DNA of 55,505 nt, from assembly GCA_045613315.1 (NCBI GenBank), contig JAZLAV010000019.1, positions 1-55,505 of the forward strand, read 5' to 3'. Shown one piece after another: positions 20,830 through 31,501 of this stretch (positions are counted from its first letter, which is position 1; each line of letters starts with the position of its first letter). Under the pieces are notes generated by a model. It was not told where the DNA came from. It did not search any database and was given only the letters and a program-made list of their open reading frames with translations. A program made the translations under genes and the position numbers. Source of the DNA: Candidatus Enterousia sp. (GTDB lineage Bacteria; Pseudomonadota; Alphaproteobacteria; Rs-D84).

Positions 20830-21213
20830 TTATACACGACGCACTTTCTTTGGACGGCAACCATTGTGCGGAATGCGTGTTGTATCTGTAATCGATTGTA
20901 CGATTAAACCCGCGTTTGCCAAACCACGAACTGCGGATTCACGCCCCTGGCCAATACCACGCATCAAAACATCAACTGTTTTCATACCCATTTCAGCGAC
21001 CTTTTTGCCAACCGCGTCTGCAACAACCGTGGCCGCATATGGCGTAGATTTTTTGGCACCCTTGAAATTATTGGCACCCGCCGTTGCCCACGTTAAAACC
21101 GCACCGGCCGGATCCGTAATTGTGATACGTGTATTGTTATTTGTCGCGACGACATGCGCGATGCCATGCGATACTTTTTTGATTACTTTCTTTTTAGCTT
21201 TTGTAACTGCCAT
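20830..21213 (-). CDS. rpsK: 30S ribosomal protein S11
   Basis: The translation ...GIAHVVATNNNTRITITDPAGAVLTWATAG...RIPHNGCRPKKVRRV is canonical S11. Confidence 0.97.
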   Translation of the reverse strand: MAVTKAKKKVIKKVSHGIAHVVATNNNTRITITDPAGAVLTWATAGANNFKGAKKSTPYAATVVADAVGKKVAEMGMKTVDVLMRGIGQGRESAVRGLANAGLIVQSITDTTRIPHNGCRPKKVRRV

Positions 21214-21275
21214 TATTTTTACCTTTTATTTAGATGTCTTCAATTAACTAACGTGTTAATCTCTACCCAAAATTA

Positions 21276-21653
21276 TTATTTACCCTTGACCGCGGAACCT
21301 GCGACCACAACACGTTTACCCTTTCTTGTACGGGCATTTGTTTGTGTGCGTTGACCACGAACCGGCAAACGGTTACGGTGGCGAATACCGCGATATGTTT
21401 TAAGGTCCTGCAAACGTTTAATGTTCATTGCGACTTCGCGACGAACATCGCCTTCGACCTTGAAGTTCTGTTCGATATAATTCGAAATTTTGATAACATC
21501 AGCATCGGTCAAATCTTTCGCGCGCAAACCGTCTTTTAATTTCAACGCTTCACAAATTTTGGCGGCGCGGGCCGGTCCAATACCGTGAATATAGCGCAAC
21601 GCGATTTCAATGCGTTTTTCCGATGGAATGTTAACACCTGCTATACGTGCCAT
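21276..21653 (-). CDS. rpsM: 30S ribosomal protein S13
   Basis: [26 protein letters not shown]... is canonical S13. Confidence 0.97.
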   Translation of the reverse strand: MARIAGVNIPSEKRIEIALRYIHGIGPARAAKICEALKLKDGLRAKDLTDADVIKISNYIEQNFKVEGDVRREVAMNIKRLQDLKTYRGIRHRNRLPVRGQRTQTNARTRKGKRVVVAGSAVKGK

Positions 21654-21756
21654 TTTTCATTTTCCTTTTTATTACTTTGACGCGAATGTCGCGCCGGTTC
21701 TACCCATCCGAAAACCCGCCGTCCGGATTAACGAATGTATTTTATTTTGCTGGATT

Positions 21757-21784
21757 ATTCTATATCAAATCCAACAAAAGTCAA
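21757..21784 (-). promoter_or_regulatory. Candidate rpsM-rpsK promoter (TTGACT-16-TAGAAT)
   Basis: The reverse complement of 21757-21784 reads TTGACTtttgttggatttgataTAGAAT. It lies in the 139-nt secY-rpsM spacer. Confidence 0.4.
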
Positions 21785-21792
21785 ATCTTGTT

Positions 21793-23112
21793 TTAATTGC
21801 GAAACCGCCCATGGTGTTGCGTATGACCAACAACGCCCGTATACTGTTTTGCAACCAAATAAGATTGAATCTGATTCCAGGTATCCAAAATAACCCCGGC
21901 AACAATCAACACACTGGTTCCGCCAACGGTTAACGGCATTCCCGCGTGTGTATTAAGAATTATCGGAATCACACAAACAACAATAAGATACAAAACACCA
22001 ATTGCCGTTGTGCGCGATACAACACCGTCCAAATATTTCATTGTCTGTTCGCCCGGACGAACCCCCGGAATATACCCGCCCATATTTTTAAGGTTATTGC
22101 TGGTTTCTTCGGAATTGAACACAACCGCGGTCTGGAAATACGCAAAAAACGCGATTAACACAGTGTACAAAATAATGTATGACCATGCGCCATATGTAAA
22201 GAATCCCAAAACCTGTTGAACAATCAAGTTTTCACTTTGCACAAAACGTTGCACAAATGCCGGCAACATCATAATAGATGCCGCAAACACCGGTCCCATA
22301 ACACCCGACATATTAACCTTGATCGGCAAATATGACGCGTTTGTATTCATTACACCGTTGGACATAACTTGACGTGGGTAAAGAATTTGGATACGACGTT
22401 GCGCCTGTTCGAAAAACGCAATCAAGGCAACAATACCAACCACAAATGCAACGGTTAAACCAATCATCGCCGGTGACATTTGACCCACAGAACCCAAACT
22501 GAACAACTTCGCAACACCACTGGGGACCTGGGCAACGATACCCGCGAAAATAAGCAACGATGCCCCCTGGCCTACGCCACGTGCAGTAATCTGTTCAGCC
22601 AACCACATCACGAACACGGTTCCGCCAACCAGCGCAATTATCGCCGATAATTCAAATGCAAATCCCGGATTCACAACGGCGGCAACACCATTAACCGGTG
22701 CCATCGATTCCAAACCGCGAACAACCGCCCAACCCTGGACAACCGCCAAAAACACCGCCAAATAACGCGTATATTGGTTAATTTTAATGCGTCCCGATTC
22801 ACCTTCTTTACGCAAATCATTTAAATTCTTGCTGGTGGCGGTCAACAACTGCAAAACGATGGATGCAGAAATGTACGGGAAAATATTCAATGCCAACACC
22901 GACATACGCGACAACGAACCGCCACTGAACATATCAAACATTCCCATCATGCCACTGCCTTCACCACTGAACAGGTGCAAAATCGCAGAAGCATTAACCC
23001 CCGGTAATGGAATAAATGACCCAATTCGATAAACAATCAACGCGCCCAATGTGAACAAAATGCGTTTCTGTAAATCGGTCAAATTTCCAAAGTATTTTTT
23101 CAAGAATTTCAT
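21793..23112 (-). CDS. secY: Preprotein translocase subunit SecY
   Basis: 439-aa polytopic membrane protein. It occupies the canonical position after rplO and has conserved SecY segments (GSFIPLPGV, LALNIFPYISASI). Confidence 0.97.
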   Translation of the reverse strand: MKFLKKYFGNLTDLQKRILFTLGALIVYRIGSFIPLPGVNASAILHLFSGEGSGMMGMFDMFSGGSLSRMSVLALNIFPYISASIVLQLLTATSKNLNDLRKEGESGRIKINQYTRYLAVFLAVVQGWAVVRGLESMAPVNGVAAVVNPGFAFELSAIIALVGGTVFVMWLAEQITARGVGQGASLLIFAGIVAQVPSGVAKLFSLGSVGQMSPAMIGLTVAFVVGIVALIAFFEQAQRRIQILYPRQVMSNGVMNTNASYLPIKVNMSGVMGPVFAASIMMLPAFVQRFVQSENLIVQQVLGFFTYGAWSYIILYTVLIAFFAYFQTAVVFNSEETSNNLKNMGGYIPGVRPGEQTMKYLDGVVSRTTAIGVLYLIVVCVIPIILNTHAGMPLTVGGTSVLIVAGVILDTWNQIQSYLVAKQYTGVVGHTQHHGRFRN

Positions 23113-23169
23113 TGCGCTAAAAATTTTAACCAGTTATGCGCACCCAGTTTCCGGGGTGCGCAGGTTATA

Positions 23170-23628
23170 TTATTTGTTTTTAATGGAACCACCGGCTTTG
23201 ACAATCGCTATCTCGGCACTTTTGGACCATTTGTCCGCAATAACATTAATTGCAGATTTGATTTCGCCTTTGGCCAAAACCTTTAAACCGTCCATTTCAC
23301 GATTTATAATTTTTGCGGCCATCAACGTTTCAATCGTGATTACTTTGCCGGCATCAATTTTACCCGATGCGATAAACTTTTCAATATCCCCCAGGTTAAT
23401 TGTTGCATATTCTTTGTGGAACGGATTGTTAAATCCAAACTTTGGGAAACGACGCAAAATCGGCATTTGACCACCTTGGAACGTTGCCTGTTTGCGCGAA
23501 CCCGCACGTGCCTTTTGTCCCTTGGTTCCACGACCAGCCGTTTTACCATATCCCGATGCCAAACCACGACCAACACGTTTTGTGTTACTGCGCGCACCAA
23601 AATTATCCATCAATGCATTTAATTTCAT
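23170..23628 (-). CDS. rplO: 50S ribosomal protein L15
   Basis: MKLNALMDNFGARSNTKRVGRGLASGYGKTAGRGTKGQKARAG. Confidence 0.95.
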   Translation of the reverse strand: MKLNALMDNFGARSNTKRVGRGLASGYGKTAGRGTKGQKARAGSRKQATFQGGQMPILRRFPKFGFNNPFHKEYATINLGDIEKFIASGKIDAGKVITIETLMAAKIINREMDGLKVLAKGEIKSAINVIADKWSKSAEIAIVKAGGSIKNK

Positions 23629-23707
23629 TTTTTTTCCTTTTTGTCCTGCGAACTATATGTAGTTCTTTGTCGCACATAAACAAGTTTATGTACTCGGTTT
23701 TTATTAT

Positions 23708-23887
23708 TTATTTTTCAACGATTTCGACCAAGTGCGCAACACGTGCAACCATGCCACGTACAGCCGGTGTATCATTCACTTCACGCATTTTGCCGATACG
23801 CCCCAAACCCAACGCCAAAACAATTTTGCGTTGTGATTCCGGACGATGAATTAAACCGCGTGTTTGTTTTACGATAATTTTTGCCAT
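23708..23887 (-). CDS. rpmD: 50S ribosomal protein L30 (59 aa, below the ORF-track cutoff)
   Basis: Hand translation gives MAKIIVKQTRGLIHRPESQRKIVLALGLGRIGKMREVNDTPAVRGMVARVAHLVEIVEK. It sits in the expected slot between rpsE and rplO. Confidence 0.85.
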   Translation of the reverse strand: MAKIIVKQTRGLIHRPESQRKIVLALGLGRIGKMREVNDTPAVRGMVARVAHLVEIVEK

Positions 23888-23908
23888 TGTGATTACCCCC
23901 GCGTCTTA

Positions 23909-24466
23909 TTATTCTGCTGATTCTGCGTTTTCTTCGAACTTTTTACCGTCACGACCGGCGATAATTTCAGACACAGATTTACCACGACGTGCCGCAACCG
24001 TCTTTGGAGAATTCATTTTAGAAAACGCCAAGAACGCCGCACGAACCATATTGTTTGGATTGTTGGAACCCTGGGACTTAACAACAACGTCCTGGACCCC
24101 TAAACATTCAAACACTGCACGCAACGCACCACCAGCAATGATACCAGTACCGGGAACAGCACTGCGAACAACCAATTTAGATGCGCCGTATCTGGATTCG
24201 ATATCGTGGTGCAATGTGCGTCCTTCTTTTAACGGAACGCGAATCATTTTCGCTTTGGCTGCCTTGGTTGCTTTCTGCACAGCAGATTGTACTTCCAACG
24301 CTTTACCTTTGCCGAAACCAACACGACCGGCCTTGTCCCCGACAACAACCAGCGCCGAGAACGACATATTCTTACCACCCTTAACAGTTTTAGATACACG
24401 ATTGATAGAAACCAATTTATCTACCAAGTTATCCGTCTGTAATCTTTTATCATCAAAACGTGCCAT
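23909..24466 (-). CDS. rpsE: 30S ribosomal protein S5
   Basis: ...[36 protein letters not shown]... Confidence 0.97.
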   Translation of the reverse strand: MARFDDKRLQTDNLVDKLVSINRVSKTVKGGKNMSFSALVVVGDKAGRVGFGKGKALEVQSAVQKATKAAKAKMIRVPLKEGRTLHHDIESRYGASKLVVRSAVPGTGIIAGGALRAVFECLGVQDVVVKSQGSNNPNNMVRAAFLAFSKMNSPKTVAARRGKSVSEIIAGRDGKKFEENAESAE

Positions 24467-24489
24467 TTATATACTCCGTTTAATTTGAA

Positions 24490-24846
24490 TTATATTCTTA
24501 CGCCACCGGCGCGGATTGCTTCGCATAATGCTTTTACGCGACCATGATAGCGGTAACCGCCACGATCGAAATAGCAATTATCAGTCAATTTGGCTGCAAC
24601 CAAACGTTCTGCAAATGCCTTGCCGACCAATTCTGCGCCCGCAACATTCCATCCCTTACCTGCGAAGCCCTTTTCCTTGCTTGATGCCGCGCACAGTGTA
24701 TGACCACGCACATCATCAATCGCCTGGATTTCAATATGACGTCCAGAACGGAAAACCGACAAACGAATCTTGCCAGGATTTTTTCTTTTCAACGCACCGC
24801 GATTTGCGATTGTGCGTCTTTCCTCTGTAGATAAATGTTTTAACAT
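24490..24846 (-). CDS. rplR: 50S ribosomal protein L18
   Basis: 118 aa. It contains ...RLSVFRSGRHIEIQAIDD... and ...FDRGGYRYHGRVKALCEAIRAGG. Confidence 0.95.
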   Translation of the reverse strand: MLKHLSTEERRTIANRGALKRKNPGKIRLSVFRSGRHIEIQAIDDVRGHTLCAASSKEKGFAGKGWNVAGAELVGKAFAERLVAAKLTDNCYFDRGGYRYHGRVKALCEAIRAGGVRI

Positions 24847-24896
24847 TTCGTTTCCTTTTTTAATGGCCCCCGTAACAGCGGGAACGACCCTAGTTA

Positions 24897-25448
24897 TTAT
24901 TTCTTTTTACCTTCTTTGTGACGGATTACTTCGCCCTTATAGAAGATACCTTTACCCTTGTACGGATCTGCTTTGCGAACCTTGTGAACCTTGTCTGCAA
25001 ACAAACCAACCGCACATTTGTCGATACCACGAATTGTAAATTCTGTTGGTGCACCGCCCATTTCAACGGTTAAACCCGCTGGGATTTCAATGACAACATC
25101 ATGTGAATAACCCGCGACCAACACCAATTTGTTGCCCGACACAGACGCCTTGTAACCAACGCCCTTCATATACATTTCTTTGGCAAATCCGGTTGTGACG
25201 CCCATCACCGCATTACGAACATTACGGGTCATTGTTCCCCACATTGCGCGCGATGTTTTGTCGGTGTCATCCTTTGGTGTGACAACAACCTGGCCTGCTT
25301 CAACCTTGACATCAACCAAATTTGCGTGTTTTGTATCAACAGGAACCTTTAATTCACCCTTTGGTCCCTTGATAACAATTGCGTTATCGACAATCGCCGC
25401 TGTAACGCCATCTTTTAAACTTACTGGATATTTTCCTGCACGAGACAT
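24897..25448 (-). CDS. rplF: 50S ribosomal protein L6
   Basis: MSRAGKYPVSLKDGVT...GVGYKA...; spc-operon position. Confidence 0.95.
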   Translation of the reverse strand: MSRAGKYPVSLKDGVTAAIVDNAIVIKGPKGELKVPVDTKHANLVDVKVEAGQVVVTPKDDTDKTSRAMWGTMTRNVRNAVMGVTTGFAKEMYMKGVGYKASVSGNKLVLVAGYSHDVVIEIPAGLTVEMGGAPTEFTIRGIDKCAVGLFADKVHKVRKADPYKGKGIFYKGEVIRHKEGKKK

Positions 25449-25470
25449 AACTTAATCCTTCTGCTGTTGA

Positions 25471-25869
25471 TTATATAACCTTGCACAATACTTCGCCGCC
25501 AACGTTCATCAAACGCGCTTTGTGATCAGTCATGACCCCATTTGGCGTTGAAACAATCGCAATACCCAGGCCATTTAAAACCTTTGGCATTTTGGCACTG
25601 CCTGAATACACACGGCGCCCTGGTTTTGACACGACAGAAATTTCTTGTATTGCACCGTCGCCATTTACATATTTCAATTCAATAATCAAATTTGAACGGT
25701 GTTCATCGATTTTTTCTTGACGGAAATCGGTAATAAAACCTTCTTCCTTCAATACATTAAGAACCGCTGCACGCAGTTTGCTGTTTGGAACGGCGACCGT
25801 TTCTTTACCCGCAATTTGTCCGTTACGGATACGGGTTAACATGTCTCCGATTGGGTGTGATAATGACAT
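25471..25869 (-). CDS. rpsH: 30S ribosomal protein S8
   Basis: MSLSHPIGDMLTRIRNGQ... Confidence 0.96.
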   Translation of the reverse strand: MSLSHPIGDMLTRIRNGQIAGKETVAVPNSKLRAAVLNVLKEEGFITDFRQEKIDEHRSNLIIELKYVNGDGAIQEISVVSKPGRRVYSGSAKMPKVLNGLGIAIVSTPNGVMTDHKARLMNVGGEVLCKVI

Positions 25870-25955
25870 CTTTTGTTACTCCTTCTCTGTGGTTTTATCC
25901 ACATTTTCGACCCAGCCGCATTGTCCACAACTGGGGGTTAATTAAACAGTTGTTT

Positions 25956-26258
25956 TTACCAACTGGATTTACGAACGCCCGGCAATTTACCCTCGGATGC
26001 CTGGGTACGAACCTGTTGACGGCACAAACCGAACATACGGGAATACCCACGCGAACGTCCCGTAACCGAACAACGATTACGCAAACGTGTCGGATTTGCA
26101 TTACGTGGCAATTTTGCCAGTTTTTTCATTGCATCCATACGTTCGTCTGGTGTTGCATTGACGGACATCTTTTCCTTGATCGCGGCACGCTTTTTTGCAT
26201 ATTTTGCGACCAATTCTTCACGTCTTTTTTGTTTATTAATTAACGATAATTTCGCCAT
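25956..26258 (-). CDS. rpsN: 30S ribosomal protein S14 (long form)
   Basis: MAKLSLINKQKRREELVAKY...RNRCSVTGRSRGYSRMFGLCR...W. Confidence 0.95.
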   Translation of the reverse strand: MAKLSLINKQKRREELVAKYAKKRAAIKEKMSVNATPDERMDAMKKLAKLPRNANPTRLRNRCSVTGRSRGYSRMFGLCRQQVRTQASEGKLPGVRKSSW

Positions 26259-26273
26259 TTTTATACCTTTTTA

Positions 26274-26819
26274 TTATTTTAAAACCAAAGGCAAGCCGAT
26301 TTTGGTCAGCAATGCACGTGCTTCTTCATCTGTTTTTGCAGTTGTCGCGATAACGATATCCATTCCGCGGATTGCATCAATCTTGTCCACAGAAATTTCT
26401 GGGAAAATCAGATGTTCACGGATACCGAACGCATAGTTTCCACGACCGTCAAACTTTGATTTTGACAAACCACGAAAGTCTTTGACACGCGGTAACGCAA
26501 CCGTGATTAATTTATCCAAGAAATCGTACATTCTTTTACCACGCAATGTGACCTTGGTACCGATGGCCTGGCCTTCGCGCAAACGGTATGTCGCGATAGA
26601 TTTTTTGGCGTGTGTAATAACCGATTTTTGTGCCGCAATGGCCGTCAAATCGGCCGCTGCCGCATCCAATTTCTTTTTATCAGAAACCGCTTCACCGACA
26701 CCCATGTTCAAAACAATCTTGGTTAATTTCGGCACGGCCAGCGCATTTGTGTACCCGAATTCTTTGACCAATTCAGGAACAATCTGTTTTTCATATATTT
26801 CACGCAATCTGCTTTGCAT
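26274..26819 (-). CDS. rplE: 50S ribosomal protein L5
   Basis: ...[16 protein letters not shown]...RGMDIVI. Confidence 0.96.
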   Translation of the reverse strand: MQSRLREIYEKQIVPELVKEFGYTNALAVPKLTKIVLNMGVGEAVSDKKKLDAAAADLTAIAAQKSVITHAKKSIATYRLREGQAIGTKVTLRGKRMYDFLDKLITVALPRVKDFRGLSKSKFDGRGNYAFGIREHLIFPEISVDKIDAIRGMDIVIATTAKTDEEARALLTKIGLPLVLK

Positions 26820-26866
26820 TTTTTATTCCTTAACGTTTTGTTTCCGTAACAGCGGAAACCGATTTA

Positions 26867-27169
26867 TTATAATTCTGTCCCAGATTTTTTTGCGACACGA
26901 ACCTTTTTATCGCCAGATACCTTGTACCCAACACGTGTTGCCTTTTTGGTTTTTGGATCAACCAATGCAACATTAGATACATGGACCGGTGCTTCGCGGT
27001 CAACAATGTGACCCGGTGTGTCCTGGGTTGGTTTCACATGCCATTTGTGACGGTTTACACCTTCGACAACAACACGCGATTCAGACGGACGTGCTTCCAG
27101 TACTTTACCTTTGACGCCCTTGTATTTTCCCGAAATAACTACGACTTCGTCGCCTTTCTTAATTTTCAT
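26867..27169 (-). CDS. rplX: 50S ribosomal protein L24
   Basis: [24 protein letters not shown] (KOW motif). Confidence 0.95.
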   Translation of the reverse strand: MKIKKGDEVVVISGKYKGVKGKVLEARPSESRVVVEGVNRHKWHVKPTQDTPGHIVDREAPVHVSNVALVDPKTKKATRVGYKVSGDKKVRVAKKSGTEL

Positions 27170-27196
27170 CTTGTAACCCTTTTGTTTATGACGCCA

Positions 27197-27571
27197 TTAC
27201 AAAACTTCTGGTGCCAAAGACACGATTTTCTGGACATCGTATTTACGACGAACCTCACGTGCGATTGGGCCAAAGATACGTGTTCCAATCGGCTCAAAGT
27301 TGTTTTTGTTTATCAAAACAACCGCGTTATCGTCGAAACGAATAATCGAACCGTCTGGACGTTTAATTGGGAATTTGGTACGCACGATAATTGCACGTTG
27401 AACCGTCCCCTTTTGAACCTTGCCACGTGGGATGGCTTCTTTGATGGCGACGACGACTTTGTCGCCGACCGTTGCATAACGACGATGAGAACCGCCCAAA
27501 ACCTTGATACACATTGCTTTACGCGCACCACTGTTGTCTGCAACTGTCATAACTGTTTCATTTTGAATCAT
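27197..27571 (-). CDS. rplN: 50S ribosomal protein L14
   Basis: The start is reset to [18 protein letters not shown] (ATG 27571, with the RBS aagggtga upstream). Confidence 0.95.
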   Translation of the reverse strand: MIQNETVMTVADNSGARKAMCIKVLGGSHRRYATVGDKVVVAIKEAIPRGKVQKGTVQRAIIVRTKFPIKRPDGSIIRFDDNAVVLINKNNFEPIGTRIFGPIAREVRRKYDVQKIVSLAPEVL

Positions 27572-27671
27572 TTTTTCACCCTTTTCCTGCAAATGGGGCA
27601 ATCCCCCACCGCTTTGTTTCTGGGCTCCGACTGGGTTTTACCCCCTCAAAGAACCCGACCTGTTTGTTTTT

Positions 27672-27941
27672 TTAGTCGACAACCTCGACTTCACCGTCTT
27701 TGGAAACACCAACGCGTCCCTTAACGACCCAAGTTTTTGTCTTGGAAATCGGACGATGTTCTTCAATCGCAACAATTTCACCAACCTTGTATTCGTTGTT
27801 TTCATCGTGCGCTTTGTATTTTTTATTCTGCTTCACGAACTTGCCATACAGCGGATGACGGAAACGACGTTCCACCTCTACAACAACTGTTTTGTCGTTT
27901 GCTGTACTTTTAACGGTTCCTTGCAGTATACGTTTTGGCAT
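27672..27941 (-). CDS. rpsQ: 30S ribosomal protein S17
   Basis: ...[31 protein letters not shown]... Confidence 0.95.
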   Translation of the reverse strand: MPKRILQGTVKSTANDKTVVVEVERRFRHPLYGKFVKQNKKYKAHDENNEYKVGEIVAIEEHRPISKTKTWVVKGRVGVSKDGEVEVVD

Positions 27942-28035
27942 AACTATTGTCCCTTAACTTGTTTCTTGTTTTGTTAACCGATTTTGGCATATGATATCTT
28001 ATTTTTTAGAAATCTCAACAAAAATCGGTGTTTTT

Positions 28036-28227
28036 TTATTTTGCTGCATTCAACTTGGTCTTGACGCGTGCAATTTCCCGACGTGTTTGACGCATAACGT
28101 GCGTTTTCGGTAATTGACCCGCTTCGTGCTGAAAGCGTTGATTCATTTGCTCTTTTTTCAAATCAACCAATTTGCTTTCCAACGCTTCCTTTGTCAATGC
28201 TTCTTTTTCTTGCTTTTTTGTTGCCAT
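28036..28227 (-). CDS. rpmC: 50S ribosomal protein L29
   Basis: 63 aa. Coiled Lys/Glu-rich sequence with ...[11 protein letters not shown].... It lies between rplP and rpsQ. Confidence 0.9.
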   Translation of the reverse strand: MATKKQEKEALTKEALESKLVDLKKEQMNQRFQHEAGQLPKTHVMRQTRREIARVKTKLNAAK

Positions 28228-28257
28228 CTTTTTTACCTTTTTGCTTTGGATTTTAAA

Positions 28258-28671
28258 CTAGTTGATTTTACGTTCAACAACTTTGGTTTTAACCGGCAAT
28301 TTGGCGGCCGCCAACGCGAACGCTTCAAATGCGATTTCCGGTTTAACACCATCGATTTCAAACATAATACGACCCGGTTTTACACGGCAAATCCAGTATT
28401 CAACCGCACCTTTACCCTTACCCATACGGACCTGGGCCGGTTTAGTTGTGACTGGAACATCTGGGAAAATACGAATCCAAAGTTTTCCCTGACGTTTCAT
28501 ATGACGTGTGATTGCACGACGTGCGGCCTCTATCTGGCGCGCTGTAATGCGTTCCGGTGACATGGCTTTCAGTCCAAACGAACCGAACGCCAATTCGCTT
28601 CCGCCCTTGGCGGCACCGTGGATACGGCCTTTTTGCTGTTTGCGAAACTTTGTTTTATTTGGCATTAACAT
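28258..28671 (-). CDS. rplP: 50S ribosomal protein L16
   Basis: [19 protein letters not shown]... Confidence 0.96.
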   Translation of the reverse strand: MLMPNKTKFRKQQKGRIHGAAKGGSELAFGSFGLKAMSPERITARQIEAARRAITRHMKRQGKLWIRIFPDVPVTTKPAQVRMGKGKGAVEYWICRVKPGRIMFEIDGVKPEIAFEAFALAAAKLPVKTKVVERKIN

Positions 28672-28702
28672 GGTACAAATCCTCTATTCTGTTTGTTTAG
28701 AC

Positions 28703-29404
28703 TTATTTGCTTTTTCTTTCGCTACTGCCGGCATATTCAGCGGGTCTCGCCATTTCTGATGCCAACTTTTCTTTATTCACGACATCGCCAGTATAAATCC
28801 AAACCTTGACCCCAACAACACCGTATGTGGTTTTGGCCTGAATTGCGGCATAGTCAATGTCTGCACGCAATGTGTGCAATGGAATACGACCTTCGCGGAT
28901 CTGTTCGCTGCGGGCGATTTCCGCACCATTCAAACGACCGCTGCACATAACCTTGATACCCTGGGCACCGGCTTTCTGGGCGTTTTGAACTGCTTTCTTC
29001 ATTGCGCGTTTGAATGAAACACGACCTTCAATTTGCTGGGCTATACCCTGGGCAACCAATTGTGCGTTCAAATCAGGACGACGCACTTCATAGATGTTAA
29101 CGACGACCTGGTCATTTTTAACCAATTTTTTGATATCGTTACGCAATGTTTCGATGTCCGCACCGTTTTTCCCGATAATCATACCCGGGCGTGATGTGTG
29201 TACGGTCACGACAACCTTTTTGGCAAAGCGTTCTATAACGACCTTGGCCAAACCCGCTTTCTTTAATTTTTTTGTAATAAATGCGCGGATTTCATTATCT
29301 TCTGCCAACAATTTGGCATAGTCTTTCTTACCGGCAATCCAACGGGAATCTGTTACCTTGTTAATTCCCAGACGCTGTGAAATTGGCGATACTTTCTGTC
29401 CCAT
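28703..29404 (-). CDS. rpsC: 30S ribosomal protein S3
   Basis: MGQKVSPISQRLGINK... with a KH domain. Confidence 0.97.
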   Translation of the reverse strand: MGQKVSPISQRLGINKVTDSRWIAGKKDYAKLLAEDNEIRAFITKKLKKAGLAKVVIERFAKKVVVTVHTSRPGMIIGKNGADIETLRNDIKKLVKNDQVVVNIYEVRRPDLNAQLVAQGIAQQIEGRVSFKRAMKKAVQNAQKAGAQGIKVMCSGRLNGAEIARSEQIREGRIPLHTLRADIDYAAIQAKTTYGVVGVKVWIYTGDVVNKEKLASEMARPAEYAGSSERKSK

Positions 29405-29487
29405 TTCTTTATTCCTTGGTTTGTGATGCGCGTTCTTGAAGCATTTGCTTTATTCAGGGTTTCCCCATACCACGCGTCACGGTTCTT

Positions 29488-29904
29488 TTATTTTGTTGTT
29501 TTCTTTTTGGTTTCCGTTTTCTTGGCTTTCTTTGATGGCGCCGCCCCCGATTCCAACACGATGGTCAGATTCGAAAATGGTTTCAAAATCGGACGCGCAC
29601 TGCCACGTGGTCCGGCCATAATACGTTTCATGGTCAATGCCTTGCCACACCAAATTTCCTTGACGAACAAAGAATCTGCCGGCAAATTTTTATTGTGTTC
29701 TGCATTTGCAATCGCAGACAACAATGTCTTTAACACTTCGTCAGAAACGCGTTTCTTTGAAAACTTTAACACATCAATCGCACGATCAACGGGCAATCCA
29801 CGCACCATATCGCACACCAGGTTTAATTTCTGGTGGCTGACGCGAATCATTTTATTAAACGCGCGAACTTGATTATCTTTGATCCCATATCTTGCTGTTG
29901 TCAT
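29488..29904 (-). CDS. rplV: 50S ribosomal protein L22 (Lys-rich C-terminal tail)
   Basis: ...RVSHQKLNLVCDMVRGLPVDRAIDVLKFS... Confidence 0.94.
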   Translation of the reverse strand: MTTARYGIKDNQVRAFNKMIRVSHQKLNLVCDMVRGLPVDRAIDVLKFSKKRVSDEVLKTLLSAIANAEHNKNLPADSLFVKEIWCGKALTMKRIMAGPRGSARPILKPFSNLTIVLESGAAPSKKAKKTETKKKTTK

Positions 29905-29929
29905 AACTACACCTTATCTTTATATGAAA

Positions 29930-30220
29930 TTATTTTTTCGCTGCCGCTGCGGCTTTCTTGTTCGCTGCATGCCCCTTGAAGGTCCGTGTTGGTGCAAATT
30001 CTCCCAATTTATGACCAATCATATCTTCTACGATTGCCACAGGGATAAATTTGTTACCATTGTGAACTTCAAACGTCAACCCCACCATTGGCGGCACGAT
30101 TGTGCTGCCACGGGACCATGTTTTAATTGGTTTACGGTCATCTTTTGCATTTGCAGCCGCCGTCTTTTTCAAAACAGACGGATGAACATAAGGACCTTTC
30201 CATACTGAACGAGACATCAT
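29930..30220 (-). CDS. rpsS: 30S ribosomal protein S19
   Basis: M(M)[15 protein letters not shown]...HNGNKFIPV. The second ATG at 30217 is an equally possible start. Confidence 0.95.
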   Translation of the reverse strand: MMSRSVWKGPYVHPSVLKKTAAANAKDDRKPIKTWSRGSTIVPPMVGLTFEVHNGNKFIPVAIVEDMIGHKLGEFAPTRTFKGHAANKKAAAAAKK

Positions 30221-30242
30221 TTACTCCGTTTTTTATTTCTTA

Positions 30243-31076
30243 TTATTTTTTCTTTGCCAAATGTCTGCTGCGAATAATCATCTTTGCAGTACGTTTATTG
30301 CTACGGGTACGATATCCCTTGGCCGGAATACCTGTACGTGATACCGGTTCGTGGCCCTTAGAATGACCATTACCACCACCCATCGGGTGATCGTTCGGGT
30401 TCATCGCCATACCGCGGACAGATGGGCGAACACCCAACCAACGCGCGCGGCCGGCCTTGCCCAAGTTAACATTGCGTTGATCCGGATTGGAAACGCTGCC
30501 AACTGTGGCGAAACAATCGGAATGAACTTTACGCAACTCGCCGCTGTTCATTTTAATCTGGGCATAAACGCCGTCTTTACCCATCAATTGGGCATAGCAC
30601 CCTGCACTGCGTGCCAACTGGCCGCCGGCACCCGGTTTCAATTCGACGTTATGAACGATTGTACCGATTGGCATATTTTTCAATGGCATCGCATTACCTG
30701 GTTTAATATCTTCGCGATCACCAGAAATAACAACATCACCAACTTTCAAATCACGTGGTGCCAAAATGTATGAACGAATACCATCCTTGTATTCAATCAA
30801 CGCGATAAATGCTGTACGATTTGGGTCATATTCCAAACGCAACACAGTTGCCGGAACATCCATCTTTTTACGTTTGAAATCGATCAAACGATATGTGCGT
30901 TTGTGACCGCCACCCTGGTGCATAACGGTTACGTGACCAAAATTATTACGTCCACCCTTGGACTTGATTCCGACTGTCAACGCCTTTTCTGGAGCGCCGC
31001 GATGCAAACCACTACGATCGACCTGGGTCAAACCACGGGTTCCTGCGGTTGTCGGTTTATAATGCTTTAATGCCAT
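30243..31076 (-). CDS. rplB: 50S ribosomal protein L2
   Basis: [15 protein letters not shown]...GGGHKR...[11 protein letters not shown]. Confidence 0.97.
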   Translation of the reverse strand: MALKHYKPTTAGTRGLTQVDRSGLHRGAPEKALTVGIKSKGGRNNFGHVTVMHQGGGHKRTYRLIDFKRKKMDVPATVLRLEYDPNRTAFIALIEYKDGIRSYILAPRDLKVGDVVISGDREDIKPGNAMPLKNMPIGTIVHNVELKPGAGGQLARSAGCYAQLMGKDGVYAQIKMNSGELRKVHSDCFATVGSVSNPDQRNVNLGKAGRARWLGVRPSVRGMAMNPNDHPMGGGNGHSKGHEPVSRTGIPAKGYRTRSNKRTAKMIIRSRHLAKKK

Positions 31077-31146
31077 TTTTTCTACCTTTGTTTACCATAA
31101 CAATAACGTCCAACGATATGGGTTCTCTGTTATGGCGGTTAATTTA

Positions 31147-31482
31147 TTATTGTACGTTTGCTGACAAATCCAATTTTGCATCTGCCGGTAATGTGACGTA
31201 CGCCTTTTTAACTGTGCGCTGCGTACCACTGTTACGCCCACGGAAAGATTTCACCTTGCCGTGCACGACAACGATGTTAACCTTTGTAGGTTTAACATTA
31301 TATATCGCTTCGACGGCACGTGCAACATCTTCTTTGGTCGCCTTTGCCGCAACTTCGAATGCAACGCCGTTCATTTCAGACAGTTTTGCTGCCTTTTCCG
31401 AGATTATCGGGCGACGCAGTACATCAAAAGCACCGGCGGTCGCAACGATTTTCTTTTCTGCTTTAACTTTCTTTTCTGCCAT
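31147..31482 (-). CDS. rplW: 50S ribosomal protein L23
   Basis: The start is reset to MAEKKVKAEKK... (ATG 31482). It lies downstream of the rplD stop at 31502. The longer ORF-track start would overlap rplD. Confidence 0.92.
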   Translation of the reverse strand: MAEKKVKAEKKIVATAGAFDVLRRPIISEKAAKLSEMNGVAFEVAAKATKEDVARAVEAIYNVKPTKVNIVVVHGKVKSFRGRNSGTQRTVKKAYVTLPADAKLDLSANVQ

Positions 31483-31501
31483 TTCAATAGCCTTATTGTT
31501 A

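Noticed and set aside
21654-21792. Absence of adk, infA and rpmJ between secY and rpsM as a possible deletion or anomaly
   Set aside because: The 139-nt spacer is too short to hide a gene and contains a plausible promoter. The presence and position of adk, infA and rpmJ in this slot vary between bacterial lineages, so this is ordinary variation.
27977-28029. Hairpin (accgatttt ... aaaatcggt, 35-nt loop) in the unusually long 94-nt rpmC-rpsQ spacer. It looks like a terminator on the plus (antisense) strand.
   Set aside because: There is no plus-strand gene or promoter for it to serve. On the sense strand it lacks a T-run. It is probably just mRNA structure within the operon.
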